DNA of 64,000 nucleotides from contig OZ244653.1 in assembly GCA_965218795.1 (NCBI GenBank), positions 3,392,001 to 3,456,000 of the forward strand. The letters run 5' to 3'. Of this stretch, positions 61,861-64,000 are shown piece by piece. Numbering within the stretch: the stretch's first letter is position 1; every line of letters begins with the position of its first letter. A program made the translations under genes and the position numbers. Source of the DNA: a bacterium (GTDB lineage: Bacteria > UBA8248 > JACPRG01 > G963555815). Under the pieces are notes generated by a model. It was not told where the DNA came from. It worked only from the letters and a program-made list of their open reading frames with translations, and searched no databases.

Positions 61861-62447
61861 TTCATCTCTCCCACTTTGGCGAGGTAATCCTGGAGGAAGC
61901 GTCGCTGATCATCAGGGCCGAGATCGCGCTCGAGCGCTTTCTCCGCCAACTCCAGCGCCAGGAGAGCCGCGCGCGCCCGGATCTGGGATTCCGCTTTCCT
62001 GGATTCCTGTTCGATGGTGAACCGCGCATGCTCCATCACCCGGGCTGCGGCTTCATCCCCTTCTTGGAGCAAACGCAACCGGAGCGCCTCCTGACCCGCC
62101 TGAGCCTGGGCGCGAATATCCCCCAGCTCCTTCTCCAGTTCGGCGGTCCGACGCTCATAATCCTTACGCAGCCGCTGCGCCTCGGCGCGGGCCTCTTCCG
62201 CCTCCTTGATCGCGCGCTCAATGCCTTCCCGCCGGTTCGTGAACAGCTTCCGGAGGGACTTGCGCAAAATGAAATAAAGGCCCACGGCAACAATCAGGAA
62301 GTTCAGGATTCGGGAAAACTCGAACCAGGAATCCCACTCGTTGTGAAACTCTCCGCCCGTAGCAGCGTAAACCCATGAAGGCAAACCCAAAAGCGCCAGC
62401 ATGAGGATGATCTGAAGATACCAGCGGCCGGACAGACGCCTAAACAC
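61857..62447 (-). CDS. atpF: Fo ATP synthase b subunit
   Basis: RILNFLI TM followed by a coiled coil; GTG start after RBS GGGAGG. Confidence 0.88.
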   Translation of the reverse strand: MFRRLSGRWYLQIILMLALLGLPSWVYAATGGEFHNEWDSWFEFSRILNFLIVAVGLYFILRKSLRKLFTNRREGIERAIKEAEEARAEAQRLRKDYERRTAELEKELGDIRAQAQAGQEALRLRLLQEGDEAAARVMEHARFTIEQESRKAESQIRARAALLALELAEKALERDLGPDDQRRFLQDYLAKVGEMN

Positions 62448-62871
62448 GAATCTCCCTCCCGGCCAACCGGCGGCCGATGTCGCCGGCCAACTCCCTGACC
62501 CTGCCTTCGAGACCATCTTCGGCTTCACGGCTCTGGATTTCGATACGCCTCCGCGCGTCCTCGGCCATGCGGTCCGTCTCGGACCGCCTCTCATCCAGCT
62601 TCCGGCGCACTTCCTCCCCCACATCTTTCTCCAACCGGAGCAAAGACTCCATTCCCTCATGTCTCGCTCCACCGATGGCTTCCTCATACTCGGCCATCCG
62701 CTTTTCGGCTTCACCACGGTCCGCGGCCGCTGCATCAAGGTTCCCCTGAATCGCCCGCTCCCGTTCCTCCATCCGCTGGATGATGGGACGGAAAAGAAAC
62801 CGGTTCAACAGAAACAGAAGGACCAGCAGGTTGATCCACTGAACCCACATGCTCGCATCGGGAAAAATCAC
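62440..62871 (-). CDS. atpF2: Fo ATP synthase b' subunit
   Basis: VQWINLLVLLFLLNRFLFRPI...MEERE. Confidence 0.9.
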   Translation of the reverse strand: MIFPDASMWVQWINLLVLLFLLNRFLFRPIIQRMEERERAIQGNLDAAAADRGEAEKRMAEYEEAIGGARHEGMESLLRLEKDVGEEVRRKLDERRSETDRMAEDARRRIEIQSREAEDGLEGRVRELAGDIGRRLAGREIRV

Positions 62872-62917
62872 TTGCCTGTCGTCTCCATAGGGGGCCCCTT
62901 TGGGAGCTGCCTCCGGC

Positions 62918-63535
62918 TCAGGTCCGGATGATCTTCTTGATTCTCATCAGAGCGGACACCGTCGAGCGCGCCATCTCATCGAGTTTCAGCGTAATAAATC
63001 GAATCGTATCCTCGAGGTTTGGGATGAGAACGTGCTCCAAGGCATTGACGCGCCGCCGGGTCTTCTCAATCTCGTCGGCAAGCCGTTCCACCGTCTTCTC
63101 CAACTCGGCCAGCCGAATCAAACCCGGCAACAGGTCATTGAATTCGAGAACGGCCGCGTCCAATTCCGCCGCTGTCCCCTCGAACCCGTAGGGGAACAGG
63201 CTGCCGACCCGCTCAGACTGGAGCGTGGCAATCCGCACACTCATCAGATTGACTTCTTTGACACGGATGTCCAGCACCGAAGCTGGAGCGCTGAGGGCTG
63301 CATCCAGCGCCTCCGGGACCATGCTTCCAAACGCCCGCAGGGACTTGCCGTAGGCCAGCGCAAGCCGGGAGTCGACGTTGCGCCGGACCTTCTGCACCTC
63401 CCAGATGACAGCGATAAACTGCTGAATCAGGGCGTCCAGCTTGTCTTTCAAAAGCTTGCGGCCCCGCCGCGCCACGGCAAGTCGGCGGCGCAAGCCAAGG
63501 AGTTCCATCCGGTTGGGGCTGACGTTCATGATCAT
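62918..63535 (-). CDS. ntpD: V/A-type ATP synthase subunit D
   Basis: NVSPNRMELL.L..RL..A.RG.KLLKDK.D.L and EIEKTRRRVNALE.V.IP. Confidence 0.95.
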   Translation of the reverse strand: MIMNVSPNRMELLGLRRRLAVARRGRKLLKDKLDALIQQFIAVIWEVQKVRRNVDSRLALAYGKSLRAFGSMVPEALDAALSAPASVLDIRVKEVNLMSVRIATLQSERVGSLFPYGFEGTAAELDAAVLEFNDLLPGLIRLAELEKTVERLADEIEKTRRRVNALEHVLIPNLEDTIRFITLKLDEMARSTVSALMRIKKIIRT

Positions 63536-63800
63536 CGCCGAACTCAACGGCCGGTCCCATCCAATCCCATCGTTGCTTTTTCGGATTCACCCGTGTCCGG
63601 CGGCCGGAATCCGCGAGAGCGGCTAGCCGATACCCTTTCTGAATCACGTCATGCCGGGCAAAGTGACAACAATTTATCGGATGGCCCTTAGGCCGTCAAC
63701 CCTCCCATATCCATTTGTGAAATACTTCACTTGACCCATGATACCGAACCACCCGCCCGGTGGGCGCCCTTCTCCCGCTGGGCTGTCCCGCCCCCACAGC

Positions 63801-64000
63801 TCAATGTTCCGAAGACAGGCCGGCGGCCGGCGGCGAGGAGGAGGATTCGGCGCTCTTCTCTTTCAGGTATTTCTCCAGGAATGCCTCCCGGATACGCTTC
63901 AACTCGACCCTGGGAAGAAGAGAAAGCAGATCCCACCCCAGGTCGAGCGTTTCTTCGATGCTGCGATCCTCTTCTTCGCTCTGCCGGACATATCGGTCTT
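63801..64000 (-). CDS. ntpB: V/A-type ATP synthase subunit B, C-terminal end (starts outside the window)
   Basis: Manual translation: [45 protein letters not shown]...*. Confidence 0.9.
   Translation of the reverse strand, partial: DRYVRQSEEEDRSIEETLDLGWDLLSLLPRVELKRIREAFLEKYLKEKSAESSSSPPAAGLSSEH

Overview
High-GC bacterial chromosomal window made of housekeeping and catabolic blocks plus two degraded phage-derived islands. Core genes: moaE/moaD; lplA-gcvP(fused PA+PB)-gcvH; a split ThDP decarboxylase; three metal-dependent cyclase/KynB-family genes; fdrA; a tungsten-type aldehyde:ferredoxin oxidoreductase; a Na+-pumping acyl-CoA decarboxylase operon (mmdA-D-C-B plus CoA transferase and GntR); TPP riboswitch-thiS-thiG-thiE; a split NAD synthetase; and an F-type atpF'FHAGDC block sitting directly downstream of the end of a V/A-type ATPase operon. 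Island 1 (about 0.73-11.5 kb) is a mosaic of surface-glycan genes and gene stubs (GT-C/ArnT-like, GT25, methyltransferases, one IS5 copy). It surrounds an intact CI/S24 repressor whose divergent promoter leads directly into an orphan tail-fibre gene. Island 2 (about 20.62-26.64 kb) is a Mu-like prophage remnant. It keeps one terminus, a truncated portal, an intact MuF gene with a nuclease-like C-terminal extension followed by a compact, probably pseudoknotted 65-nt RNA-like element, and an intact oppositely oriented two-gene cassette (soluble protein plus 4-TM protein) that looks like an anti-phage module. An OmpA/MotB-like protein carries about 5.7 near-perfect 285-bp coiled-coil repeats. Family names come from motif recognition only; no database search was run.
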